Shown here: positions 1-8,548 of the stretch, in pieces | How positions within the stretch are numbered: the first letter of the stretch is position 1 | Layout of the letters: every line of letters starts with the position of its first letter | Source: a bacterium | GTDB taxonomy: Bacteria; Fidelibacterota; Fidelibacteria; Fidelibacterales; Fidelibacteraceae | DNA length: 64,000 bases | Assembly (NCBI GenBank): GCA_963676395.1 | Contig: OY781066.1 | Coordinates: forward strand, 320,001-384,000 | Direction of reading: 5' to 3' | Translations under genes and position numbers: made by a program | The notes under the pieces: model-generated | Seen by the model: the letters and a program-made list of their open reading frames with translations, nothing else | Told to the model about the DNA's origin: nothing | The model's database searches: none

Positions 1-11
1 CGTTCTTCTTT

Positions 12-356
12 ATGCTGATACTTGGTTCTACCGTTATTCTTTTGCTTATCCTTACACTTCTAAATAATAATCAATTCAAACTCGAAAACATTCTACCTGC
101 TACTATTACGTTGATCAATGCCATTATAGCTTATTTGGTCACAAAAAAAGAACAAGGGAAACGTACATATCAAAAAATGATGAATGATATAAAAATTTGG
201 ACCATTGTTCGTTTTGTTGTTATGGCAGTAGCAATCGTTTTACCCATTGTTTTTAATCTGGTTGAAGCGTTACCTTTTGTATTCTCGTTTATTGGTTTTT
301 ATATCATGCATCAGATCATTATGATCATTGTGTTACAAAAAGAAGCAAATTCATGA
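12..356 (+). CDS. Small 4-TM membrane protein, loosely AtpI-like; possibly 5'-truncated by the window edge
   Basis: Four hydrophobic segments and an 'IVRFVVM...FVFSFIGFY' pattern. The frame is open back to base 3. ATGA overlap with the next gene. Confidence 0.6.
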   Translation: MLILGSTVILLLILTLLNNNQFKLENILPATITLINAIIAYLVTKKEQGKRTYQKMMNDIKIWTIVRFVVMAVAIVLPIVFNLVEALPFVFSFIGFYIMHQIIMIIVLQKEANS

Positions 357-2512
357 AAGCATACATTAAAAAACACCTGAAACTGTTTGCCATATTTTTT
401 CTTTTTCCCACAATGCTTCTTGCGTCAGATGGTGACAACACCATGATCCGTCAAATGATGATGCTGGTTTTTCAACTGGCACTTATTTTATTTGCCGCAA
501 AATATATGGGAAAGTTATTTGAATATATTCACCTCCCCTCTGTCATAGGTGAACTATTTGCCGGTATTATTATTGGTCCCTTCTTACTGGGTAAGATACC
601 TTTACCGGGAATGCCCCATGGCTTATTCGGTGATTTCATTTTTACAAATCCCGGTGCGGCGCTTCCGGTTTCAAACGAATTATATGCACTGTCTGTTATT
701 GCCTCAATTTTACTTCTGTTTATGGTCGGACTGGAAACAGATCTCAACCTTTTTCTACGTTATTCCTTTCCAAGTATAGTTATCGGAGGCAGCGGTGTTC
801 TATTTTCATTTGTTGCCGGTACGGGTATTGCCTCATACTTTTTAAATGAGCCTTTTATGCATCCTCAGGCACTGTTTTTGGGAGTAATCAGCACAGCAAC
901 ATCTGTTGGAATTACGGCAAGGATCCTATCCTCTCGAAAAAAGATCAACTCTCCCGAAGGTGTCACCATTCTTGGTTCAGCGGTCATCGACGATGTTCTG
1001 GGCATTATTCTACTTGCCATCGTTATCGGTATTTCTGCCAGTAAATTGGGCATGATGAATTGGGCACATATTGGACGTACTTCTATAAAAGCGTTGAGCG
1101 TTTGGTTGATCTTTACGGCACTCGGATTGATTTTTGCAAACCATATCAGTCGATTTTTAAAAACTTTTAAGAAATCCAGTTCTATCGGCATCATGTCATT
1201 TGGACTTGCTTTACTTTTTGCAGGTATCTTTGAGTCTGCCGGGCTTGCCATGATCATTGGTGCTTATGTAATGGGACTTTCTCTATCCAATACGGATCTA
1301 TCCTATGTGATCCAGGAAAGTTTGCATAATATTTACGAGTTTTTCATCCCCATTTTCTTTTGTATTTCGGGAATGTTCGTTGATTTCAGCGTTTTCTTGA
1401 ATTCCAAAATTCTCATTTTCGGATTGGTTTACACCCTTATTGCTTACTTAGCAAAAATTCTGGGTTGCGGTATTCCGGCTCGTATATTTAAATTTAATAA
1501 TATGGGTGGAGCCAGAATAGGTGTGGGAATGGTACCTCGAGGAGAAGTGGCCTTGATCATTGTTGGGATTGGCCTCTCACATGGTATTTTAAATGAAGAA
1601 CTTACCGGTGTTGCGATCCTAATGATCTTGATCACCTCGGTTATCGCGCCTGTACAACTTGATCAATTGCTCAAAAAGAAACGCTCAGGTGTTGAGAAAG
1701 GCATGCTGGTTGACGAACATATTCAAACGGATTATTCTTTCCCTTCTATTGCCATTACGGAACTGGTTTCCAACAAATTGATCTCCTATTTTCAAAACGA
1801 AGGCTTTTTTATCAACATTATCGAGGGTGAAAATCATATCTACCATGTTCGTCGGCATAATACATTTTTTACCTTTCAATTTTTAGATAAAAGTCTTTTA
1901 TTTTCAACACATGCAGATGATATACCTTATATAAAAAACATCATGTACGAAACATTATTAGGACTAAATCAAACTATCGAAAAACTCAAAGCCATCGTTC
2001 GTCCCGAAGAATTAAAAAAAGGCTTAAGAAGCGAGTCTTCTCAACAAAACAATGGAAAAAAGAATTTCCCCTTCGATAAAATTCTTGATATGGAATGTAT
2101 TATTACCACGCTAAAAGCCGATTCAAAAGAAGAAATCATTCGATCATTGGTAAGTGTCTTAAACGAAAATAACTATCTCCTTGACGAAAAAGAAGTAATC
2201 ACTGCCGTTATGGAAAGAGAAAATGCAATGAGCACAGGTTTACAAAACGGCATTGCACTTCCCCATGGTAAAACAGATGCAGTAAAAAAAATGACAATGG
2301 CTATTGGTTTAAAACCCCAAGGAATAAATTTCCAATCTTTGGATGGTAAACCTTCACAAGTTTTTATATTGGTCGTATCACGTAAAAATACAGCAGAGCC
2401 ACATATTCAACTTCTATCGGAGATAGGTAAAAAGCTTTATTCACAAGAAGCTGTAAATGAATTACTTGCATGTAATAACAAAAAAGAGATCTATGATTTC
2501 TTTATTAAATAA
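353..2512 (+). CDS. CPA2/NapA-like cation:proton antiporter fused to a C-terminal PTS EIIA (fructose/mannitol/Ntr-type) domain
   Basis: LPSVIGEL, ATSVGIT, AVIDDVLG and PRGEVA antiporter motifs; C-terminal ERE..MSTG..NGIALPHG EIIA motif with the phospho-His. Confidence 0.92.
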   Translation: MKAYIKKHLKLFAIFFLFPTMLLASDGDNTMIRQMMMLVFQLALILFAAKYMGKLFEYIHLPSVIGELFAGIIIGPFLLGKIPLPGMPHGLFGDFIFTNPGAALPVSNELYALSVIASILLLFMVGLETDLNLFLRYSFPSIVIGGSGVLFSFVAGTGIASYFLNEPFMHPQALFLGVISTATSVGITARILSSRKKINSPEGVTILGSAVIDDVLGIILLAIVIGISASKLGMMNWAHIGRTSIKALSVWLIFTALGLIFANHISRFLKTFKKSSSIGIMSFGLALLFAGIFESAGLAMIIGAYVMGLSLSNTDLSYVIQESLHNIYEFFIPIFFCISGMFVDFSVFLNSKILIFGLVYTLIAYLAKILGCGIPARIFKFNNMGGARIGVGMVPRGEVALIIVGIGLSHGILNEELTGVAILMILITSVIAPVQLDQLLKKKRSGVEKGMLVDEHIQTDYSFPSIAITELVSNKLISYFQNEGFFINIIEGENHIYHVRRHNTFFTFQFLDKSLLFSTHADDIPYIKNIMYETLLGLNQTIEKLKAIVRPEELKKGLRSESSQQNNGKKNFPFDKILDMECIITTLKADSKEEIIRSLVSVLNENNYLLDEKEVITAVMERENAMSTGLQNGIALPHGKTDAVKKMTMAIGLKPQGINFQSLDGKPSQVFILVVSRKNTAEPHIQLLSEIGKKLYSQEAVNELLACNNKKEIYDFFIK

Positions 2513-2524
2513 AGTGAGATAAAC

Positions 2525-3337
2525 ATGAAGATAGAAAATTTCTTCTTAAAAAACGCCGAGCATTTGCATACCAAAGCCGCTACAAAGGATGAGGTTCTTC
2601 AGGATATTGCAAAAATCGCCGTGCAATCTAATACCCTAAAAGAGATAGAACCCGCTTATATTTACGAAAAACTAAAAGAACGGGAAACCATCGGGTCAAC
2701 AGGCTTCAATCAAGGAATAGCTATCCCTCATTGCAGTCTCGATAAAATTAGCGAATTTGTTATCGGAGTTCTTATTGCTCCCGAAGGAATAGATTTCCAA
2801 TCAATTGACGGTCAAAAAACCAAATTATTTCTCTTCATTATCGGTCCTACCAATAAACGAAATCAACATATCAATATCTTATCTGAAATATCAAAAGTCT
2901 TAAAAGTTAAATCGAATGTTGATCTATTACTATCACAAAACAACACAGAAAATTTCTTTAATAAATTCTGTGAACTTGGGAATTGGGATATAGAACACAA
3001 AATCCCCCAAGAATACGCTCAGATCACGATCCATATTCAAGATCATAGCGTTTTTGATGATGTAATCGAAATATTCACCGAGATCCAAGGTTGCCACATA
3101 TCTGTCATAGAAGCAAATAATGTAGGGAAATATCTTTATGCTCTTCCTCTATTCTCACAATTTACCCACCAGGAATCCAAAGGATTCCACAGAGTAATTA
3201 TAGCTGTATTAAACACTGTTTTTGTTAACAACTGTATTCGAAATATTAATGAGACAGCAAAGAAATCAAATGCGATGTCAAAAATCTTGATTACATCACA
3301 AACATTAAGCTATTTCAATGGCTCAATTAGTATATAA
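2525..3337 (+). CDS. PTS EIIA-domain protein with a C-terminal ~110-aa probable PII-like domain (paralog 1)
   Basis: ERETIGSTG..GIAIPHC and GIDFQSIDG EIIA motifs. The C-terminal fold assignment is inferred from a beta-alpha-beta-loop-beta-alpha-beta pattern. Confidence 0.85.
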   Translation: MKIENFFLKNAEHLHTKAATKDEVLQDIAKIAVQSNTLKEIEPAYIYEKLKERETIGSTGFNQGIAIPHCSLDKISEFVIGVLIAPEGIDFQSIDGQKTKLFLFIIGPTNKRNQHINILSEISKVLKVKSNVDLLLSQNNTENFFNKFCELGNWDIEHKIPQEYAQITIHIQDHSVFDDVIEIFTEIQGCHISVIEANNVGKYLYALPLFSQFTHQESKGFHRVIIAVLNTVFVNNCIRNINETAKKSNAMSKILITSQTLSYFNGSISI

Positions 3338-3352
3338 AGGAATTAAAATTTT

Positions 3353-4633
3353 ATGAATGCTTTTATTGCTTCATTCCAAAATTTGTCTGACATTTTAATC
3401 ATTGGTATAATTATTATCTCATCTTATTTCTTGGGTAGGCTTGTAAAACAGATCAAACTCCCATCTCTTATCGGCTTTATGTTAATCGGCGTACTCCTTG
3501 GTCCATCGGTCCTTAACGTTTTAGGCTCAGTAAAACAGGAGCATTTAAGTTTCCTGACTGAAATTGCCCTTAGCTTTGTTGCGTTAAGTATTGGCTTGGA
3601 ATTGAATTTTTCCTCAATAAAGAAGCTAGGGAAAGGAATTTTTTGGATAATTATAGCGGAATCATTTGGCACATTTATAATTGTTTCTACGCTTATTTTT
3701 CTAATAACCAAAAATTTACCTCTTGCTCTGATCTTAGGTGGTATTGCCCCGGCAAGTGCTCCGGAAGGGACCGTTGCGGTTATACAAGAGTTTAAAGCTA
3801 AAGGGAAATTAACGAAAACACTGTATGCAGTCGTGGGATTTGACGACGGTTTGGGTATAATTATTTTTGGTTTCGCCGCCGCAGTAGCTAAAAACTTTTT
3901 AATGCAACAGACAGGTGCAACCGAAACGCATCTGTTATCAATGCTCCTTGAACCCTTGATTGAAATAACACTCAGTATTATTGTTGGTGGTATTTTGGCA
4001 TTTGTCTTTTCACTCATCACAAGAAAAATTAAAAATGCCGGAGATATTTCACTGATTCTTATTGGTATAATGTTTTTAGCTCTAGGTCTCAGCAATCAAT
4101 TCCATCTTTCACTCATCATGATCAATCTTGTAATTGGTCTGGTGATCGTAAACACTCAAAGACATGAGTTAATACAAAATATACATGACCGATTACCGGC
4201 CTATATGCCCCTTCTATTTATCCTGTTCTTCGCTTTAGCCGGCGCAAGTTTGGATTTCTTGGCATTACCTGCCTTGGGCATTGTCGGACTGATATACATT
4301 CTTTCACGTACATTCGGACTTGTTTTCGGAGCGCGTATCGGAGCAACCTTAGGCCATTACGACAAAAAGATCAAAAATTGGATAGGATTAGGAATTTTGT
4401 CACAGGGTGGTGTTGCGATCGGTTTATCTTTAATCGTAAAGCACGATTTTTCCGGGTTAGGTATAATGGTAAAAGATGGCATCACAGCCGGGGATGATTT
4501 AGGTATTACCGTCATCACCCTAGTTACAGCTACATCACTGGTTTTTAGTATGTTAGGGCCGATTTTAGCAAAATTTGCACTTAAAAAAGCCGGTGAAATT
4601 GAACTACCCGATAAAAATAACGAAATCGAATAA
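3353..4633 (+). CDS. Cation:proton antiporter (CPA superfamily), paralog 1
   Basis: About 12-13 hydrophobic segments; KLPSLIGF, APASAP, GFDDGLG and SQGGVAIGL motifs. Confidence 0.9.
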   Translation: MNAFIASFQNLSDILIIGIIIISSYFLGRLVKQIKLPSLIGFMLIGVLLGPSVLNVLGSVKQEHLSFLTEIALSFVALSIGLELNFSSIKKLGKGIFWIIIAESFGTFIIVSTLIFLITKNLPLALILGGIAPASAPEGTVAVIQEFKAKGKLTKTLYAVVGFDDGLGIIIFGFAAAVAKNFLMQQTGATETHLLSMLLEPLIEITLSIIVGGILAFVFSLITRKIKNAGDISLILIGIMFLALGLSNQFHLSLIMINLVIGLVIVNTQRHELIQNIHDRLPAYMPLLFILFFALAGASLDFLALPALGIVGLIYILSRTFGLVFGARIGATLGHYDKKIKNWIGLGILSQGGVAIGLSLIVKHDFSGLGIMVKDGITAGDDLGITVITLVTATSLVFSMLGPILAKFALKKAGEIELPDKNNEIE

Positions 4634-4860
4634 TTATAAATGATTAATACGATAATTAAATATCATTATAACGCCAAATTCCTTTAATATGATACTTGAT
4701 TTTAAAAAAATCATCATGTATCTTGTCGAGCGATTTTCAAAAAGCTTTTTGTATTGATACCTTGATTTGGAATAATAAATATTAAATACAAAAGAGTTTA
4801 CAATCACCTGTTTGTCAATATCTGAAATCAAAAAGTTCAGATTCAAAAAGAGAGGACTCT

Positions 4861-5673
4861 ATGAATATTGAAAAATATTTCAATCTCCAAACACAAGCTC
4901 TTAAAACCGATTCAACATCAAAAGATGAATTATTGAAAGCAATTGCCGAAGCCGCAGTAGAATCACCAAACCTGAAAGATATTGATTCCAAAGATTTGTA
5001 TAAACAGCTGAAAGCTCGTGAAGCAGTGGGATCTACGGGGTTTGGAGATGAAATTGCCATTCCGCACTGTACGATGAACAATATTGATGATTTTGTAATT
5101 GGTGTTTTGATATCCGAAAATGGTATAAATTTCAATGCATTGGACGGAAAACCCGTTAAACTATTTGTTTACATTATCGCCCCATCAACGAAAAGAAATG
5201 AACACATACGAATTCTGTCTGAACTCGCAAAGGTCCTTAAAAATCATTCAAATGTTAATACCTTGCTCAAGCAAGATAATGTAAAAAACTTTTTTAACCA
5301 GTTATCTGAATTTTCGAACCTGGAAAACACCGAAGCTTTACCACAAGAATTCTCTCAAGTTTCCATACATATTCAAGACTCCAAAGTTTTTGATTCGGTC
5401 CTTGAATTACTGGCAGAGGTCAAAGAAGCGCACATTACAGTCTTGGAAGGAAGCAATGTAGGAAAATATTTATACTCTTTACCATTGTTTTCGCATTTCA
5501 TGAATGATGAACACCGGGGATTTCATCGCATCATCATCGCTGTAATAAACACGGTCTATGTAAACGATTCTTTGAGAAAAATTAAAACCATTATTAAAGA
5601 TCAAAAATGTGAATTAAAGGTAATGATAACATCTCATCCTTTGAATTTCTTTTTTGGCGCATTGGACATATAG
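4861..5673 (+). CDS. PTS EIIA-domain protein with a C-terminal probable PII-like domain (paralog 2)
   Basis: REAVGSTG..EIAIPHC motif; same length (270 aa) and shared blocks (NVGKYLY.LPLFS, GFHR.IIAV) with 2525..3337. Confidence 0.85.
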   Translation: MNIEKYFNLQTQALKTDSTSKDELLKAIAEAAVESPNLKDIDSKDLYKQLKAREAVGSTGFGDEIAIPHCTMNNIDDFVIGVLISENGINFNALDGKPVKLFVYIIAPSTKRNEHIRILSELAKVLKNHSNVNTLLKQDNVKNFFNQLSEFSNLENTEALPQEFSQVSIHIQDSKVFDSVLELLAEVKEAHITVLEGSNVGKYLYSLPLFSHFMNDEHRGFHRIIIAVINTVYVNDSLRKIKTIIKDQKCELKVMITSHPLNFFFGALDI

Positions 5674-5679
5674 AAACCT

Positions 5680-6936
5680 ATGAAAGATCTTTTTCTTCAC
5701 CTTCAACATCTGCCGGAACTGCTGGTTGTGGGAGCGATCATTATTGCTGCATTCTATTTGGGACGAACCGTTAAATTGATCAAACTCCCCTCTTTAGTTG
5801 GTTTTATGCTTCTTGGCGTTTTATTGGGTCCGTCTCTTTTCAATATTTTGGGGGAAACTCAACAACAACATCTTGCATTTATTACCGAGATCGCTTTAGG
5901 GTTTGTTGCGCTTAGTATTGGACTTGAACTGAAATTCTCATCTTTAAAAAAACTTGGCAATGGAATAGTTGGTGTTATTTTTGCCGAATCTTTGGGTGCA
6001 TTTATTTTAGTTGCAGGACTTATTTACCTTATAACAAAAAATCTCCCACTGGCTTTAATTTTTGGTGGCATCGCACCTGCTTCTGCTCCAGCCGGGACGG
6101 TTGCTGTTATCCAGGAATACAAAGCAAAGGGACCACTTACAAAAGCACTCTATGCTGTTGTAGGTTTCGACGATGGCTTGGGTATTATCATTTTTGGCTT
6201 TGCTGCAGCCATTGCAAAAAATATTTTAATAACCGAATCCGGTATGACCGAAAGCAATTTCTGGTTCACAATGTGGGTTCCACTAAAAGAAGTCTTCTTA
6301 TCAATAGCGAGCGGTGCCATTTTAGCTATACTATTTTCATTGTTGGCTAAGAAACTTAAAAATTCAGGAGATGTTTCAATCCTCTTGATAGGCTTTGTCC
6401 TTCTGGGAATAGGTTTAAGCTCACTTCTTCACCTTTCGCTGATCCTGACCAATATGATCATCGGGATGGTCGTAGTTAACACCCAATCTTATGATCTTCT
6501 ACAACGTATTCACGATCGTCTTCCCTCATTCATGCCCTTACTTTTTATCCTATTCTTTACATTAGCCGGTGCTAACCTACATATTAATGCCCTCCCTTCT
6601 TTGGGATTAATAGGCCTTATATATATTTTTGCCCGCTCCAGTGGACTTATTTTCGGTTCCCGAATTGGTGCGCTCTTTGGACATGTAGATCCTAAAATTA
6701 AAAATTGGATCGGACTAGGTATCCTATCTCAAGCCGGTGTAGCCATTGGTTTATCACTTATTGTCAAACAAGAATTTGCCGGCCTCGGGAGAATGCTTGA
6801 TATCGGTATCACAACCGGTGATTTTATTGGAAATACCGTTATAACCACCGTCACTGCAACCTGTTTATTTTTTGAGATCATTGGACCTATCCTTACCCGG
6901 ATCGCTTTAAAAAAGGCCGGAGAAATAGAAACCTGA
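5680..6936 (+). CDS. Cation:proton antiporter (CPA superfamily), paralog 2
   Basis: Colinear with 3353..4633; APASAPAGT, GFDDGLG and SQAGVAIGL motifs. Confidence 0.9.
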   Translation: MKDLFLHLQHLPELLVVGAIIIAAFYLGRTVKLIKLPSLVGFMLLGVLLGPSLFNILGETQQQHLAFITEIALGFVALSIGLELKFSSLKKLGNGIVGVIFAESLGAFILVAGLIYLITKNLPLALIFGGIAPASAPAGTVAVIQEYKAKGPLTKALYAVVGFDDGLGIIIFGFAAAIAKNILITESGMTESNFWFTMWVPLKEVFLSIASGAILAILFSLLAKKLKNSGDVSILLIGFVLLGIGLSSLLHLSLILTNMIIGMVVVNTQSYDLLQRIHDRLPSFMPLLFILFFTLAGANLHINALPSLGLIGLIYIFARSSGLIFGSRIGALFGHVDPKIKNWIGLGILSQAGVAIGLSLIVKQEFAGLGRMLDIGITTGDFIGNTVITTVTATCLFFEIIGPILTRIALKKAGEIET

Positions 6937-7120
6937 CGAATTACAAATATTAAATATTCATTACTGATTTAGAATGCGAATTTAGAATTGTAAATACTAA
7001 TTTATTGACGATTTGTAATTCGCATTCTTGCTTCCAATTCAATAACATACCATCATTCTACTTCATACTTAAAATCATTATTCATCATTGTTAATATTTT
7101 AATCTTTTTACCTACAAAAT

Positions 7121-7147
7121 ACACAAAAGCCCATCGGGCGATGGACT
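7121..7147 (-). terminator. Intrinsic terminator on the minus strand with no credible upstream CDS
   Basis: Minus strand reads AGTCCATC-GCCC-GATGGGCT then TTTGTGT. The U-G pair forms only in this orientation. Confidence 0.7.
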
Positions 7148-7729
7148 AATGTGATGAGAGAGAGAGATTTTATTATAATGAATCTTTACAATTCATTGTG
7201 TTCTAAGTTGTTTTCAAATCACTAATTGGCACTATTCCAATTAAGTTCGGTTAATTATAAAGCAAATTTTTCTTAAAGACAAGAAAATAATTCTTTGTTG
7301 TGTTTTATAAAAAATACATGCCAATTTGGAGCTGAAATTAAAGTATTTAAGTGCCTCATTAATAAGTAACATAACATTCACATGTATGTGTCTTTTTATT
7401 AAGATCATAAGCATTGTTTATATAATATCTTTTTCGGTCAAAGCATAATGAATTCAATTAAGCGATCTAATCGTCAGGCTCGATTATAATACAGATTTCC
7501 ATTCTTACCTTAGCTCCCGATAAATTTTATTTTACCGCATCATCTTTAGACGAATTTAATACAAAACTGAATTGTATAAATTTAATATCTCTAATCAAAT
7601 CATGCGATTCGTCAATAATAAATGCGCCACCTAACTTCGGTGAATAATCTCACCAAAAAAACAAAATCCGATTTTGCACCGGATCTTACACTTATACCGC
7701 AACCATAATTCGTACTTATATTTTTGATA

Positions 7730-8040
7730 CATCTACAACTTTGTATAAGGGGCGGGGTTGTACAATTACAAAATAAGCCTCCGCCCCATCTACCATCTCT
7801 TGTGTTACCATATCGAATGGCAATACCACCGATAACAGTTCTCTCTCTCGTCAAGTCTGATGTCTCTCTACTTCCACCGGACCTCTCTCATCTCCTCTTG
7901 ATGGCTCTCTCTTTCCATCAAGGCTCTCTCTCTTTCCATCAAGGCTCTCTCTCTTTCACCAATAGGGGTCTCTCTCTCCCAGTTTGGCAACACAAAATTA
8001 CATGTAAGCTGTTCTTTTCTCTCTTTTAATCACCTATCTC
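7730..8040 (+). ncRNA. Candidate structured ncRNA with repeated CUCUCU tracts (boundaries approximate)
   Basis: GC-rich hairpin at 7749-7787, hairpin at 7802-7826, about 8 CT-dinucleotide tracts at 7841-8024, and a CTTGATGG/CCATCAAG stem with a CU loop. No credible ORF. Confidence 0.4.
7903..7957 (+). repeat. Tandem repeat GG(CT)4-5TTCCATCAA, about 2.7 copies
   Basis: Units at 7903-7921 (19 nt), 7922-7942 (21 nt) and 7943-7957 (partial). Confidence 0.9.
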
Positions 8041-8548
8041 AGCGCTAAGGATCTAAGATTGGCATTTAACTCTCTATTACTAAGTTTTATTCTGTCCCCA
8101 TAAAACCACCATAGAATTTCACACCCGACTAAATTACAAAACTGTGTTCCGCATATGAATTCGCCCAAAAACTACCGTTTAGATACTTATCCACATTCAG
8201 TGTCTTTGCACTCAGAATCGTGCTAATCATGCACAGTATCGTAGCGATGTTTAAGGTTCTTGTCTTCATATCATCCTCACATAACTGCCTGAAAATATGT
8301 AGATAATTACTAGGCTACAAGCTTTTTACGGAACTTGAATGTTAATTGAGAGAATGTTTACCATTCCTTAATTATCTTGATTAATTCTTTATCAATTTAT
8401 TCACGTTCCGAGATATTTTTATATGATCTTTCTCTTAGACGAAAAATAAATCTCTTATAAAAATCAAGAATAAGCTCGAATGTCTATGCTGCTCTATTGT
8501 AAAACATTCAATATTCATTTATATTCAATCTTATTGAAAGGCGGCATA

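Noticed and set aside
7903..7957. Possible mini CRISPR array
   Set aside because: The repeats are directly adjacent with no spacers, and there are no cas genes.
7724..8029. ORFs 7724..8029 (+) and 7612..7854 (-)
   Set aside because: Low-complexity translations of the CT repeats (LSFHQGS x2), non-ATG starts and no RBS.
8187..8195. Perfect DnaA box TTATCCACA in the long intergenic region (possible oriC)
   Set aside because: Only one perfect box plus a few one-mismatch copies in AT-rich DNA, and no dnaA, dnaN or gidA nearby.
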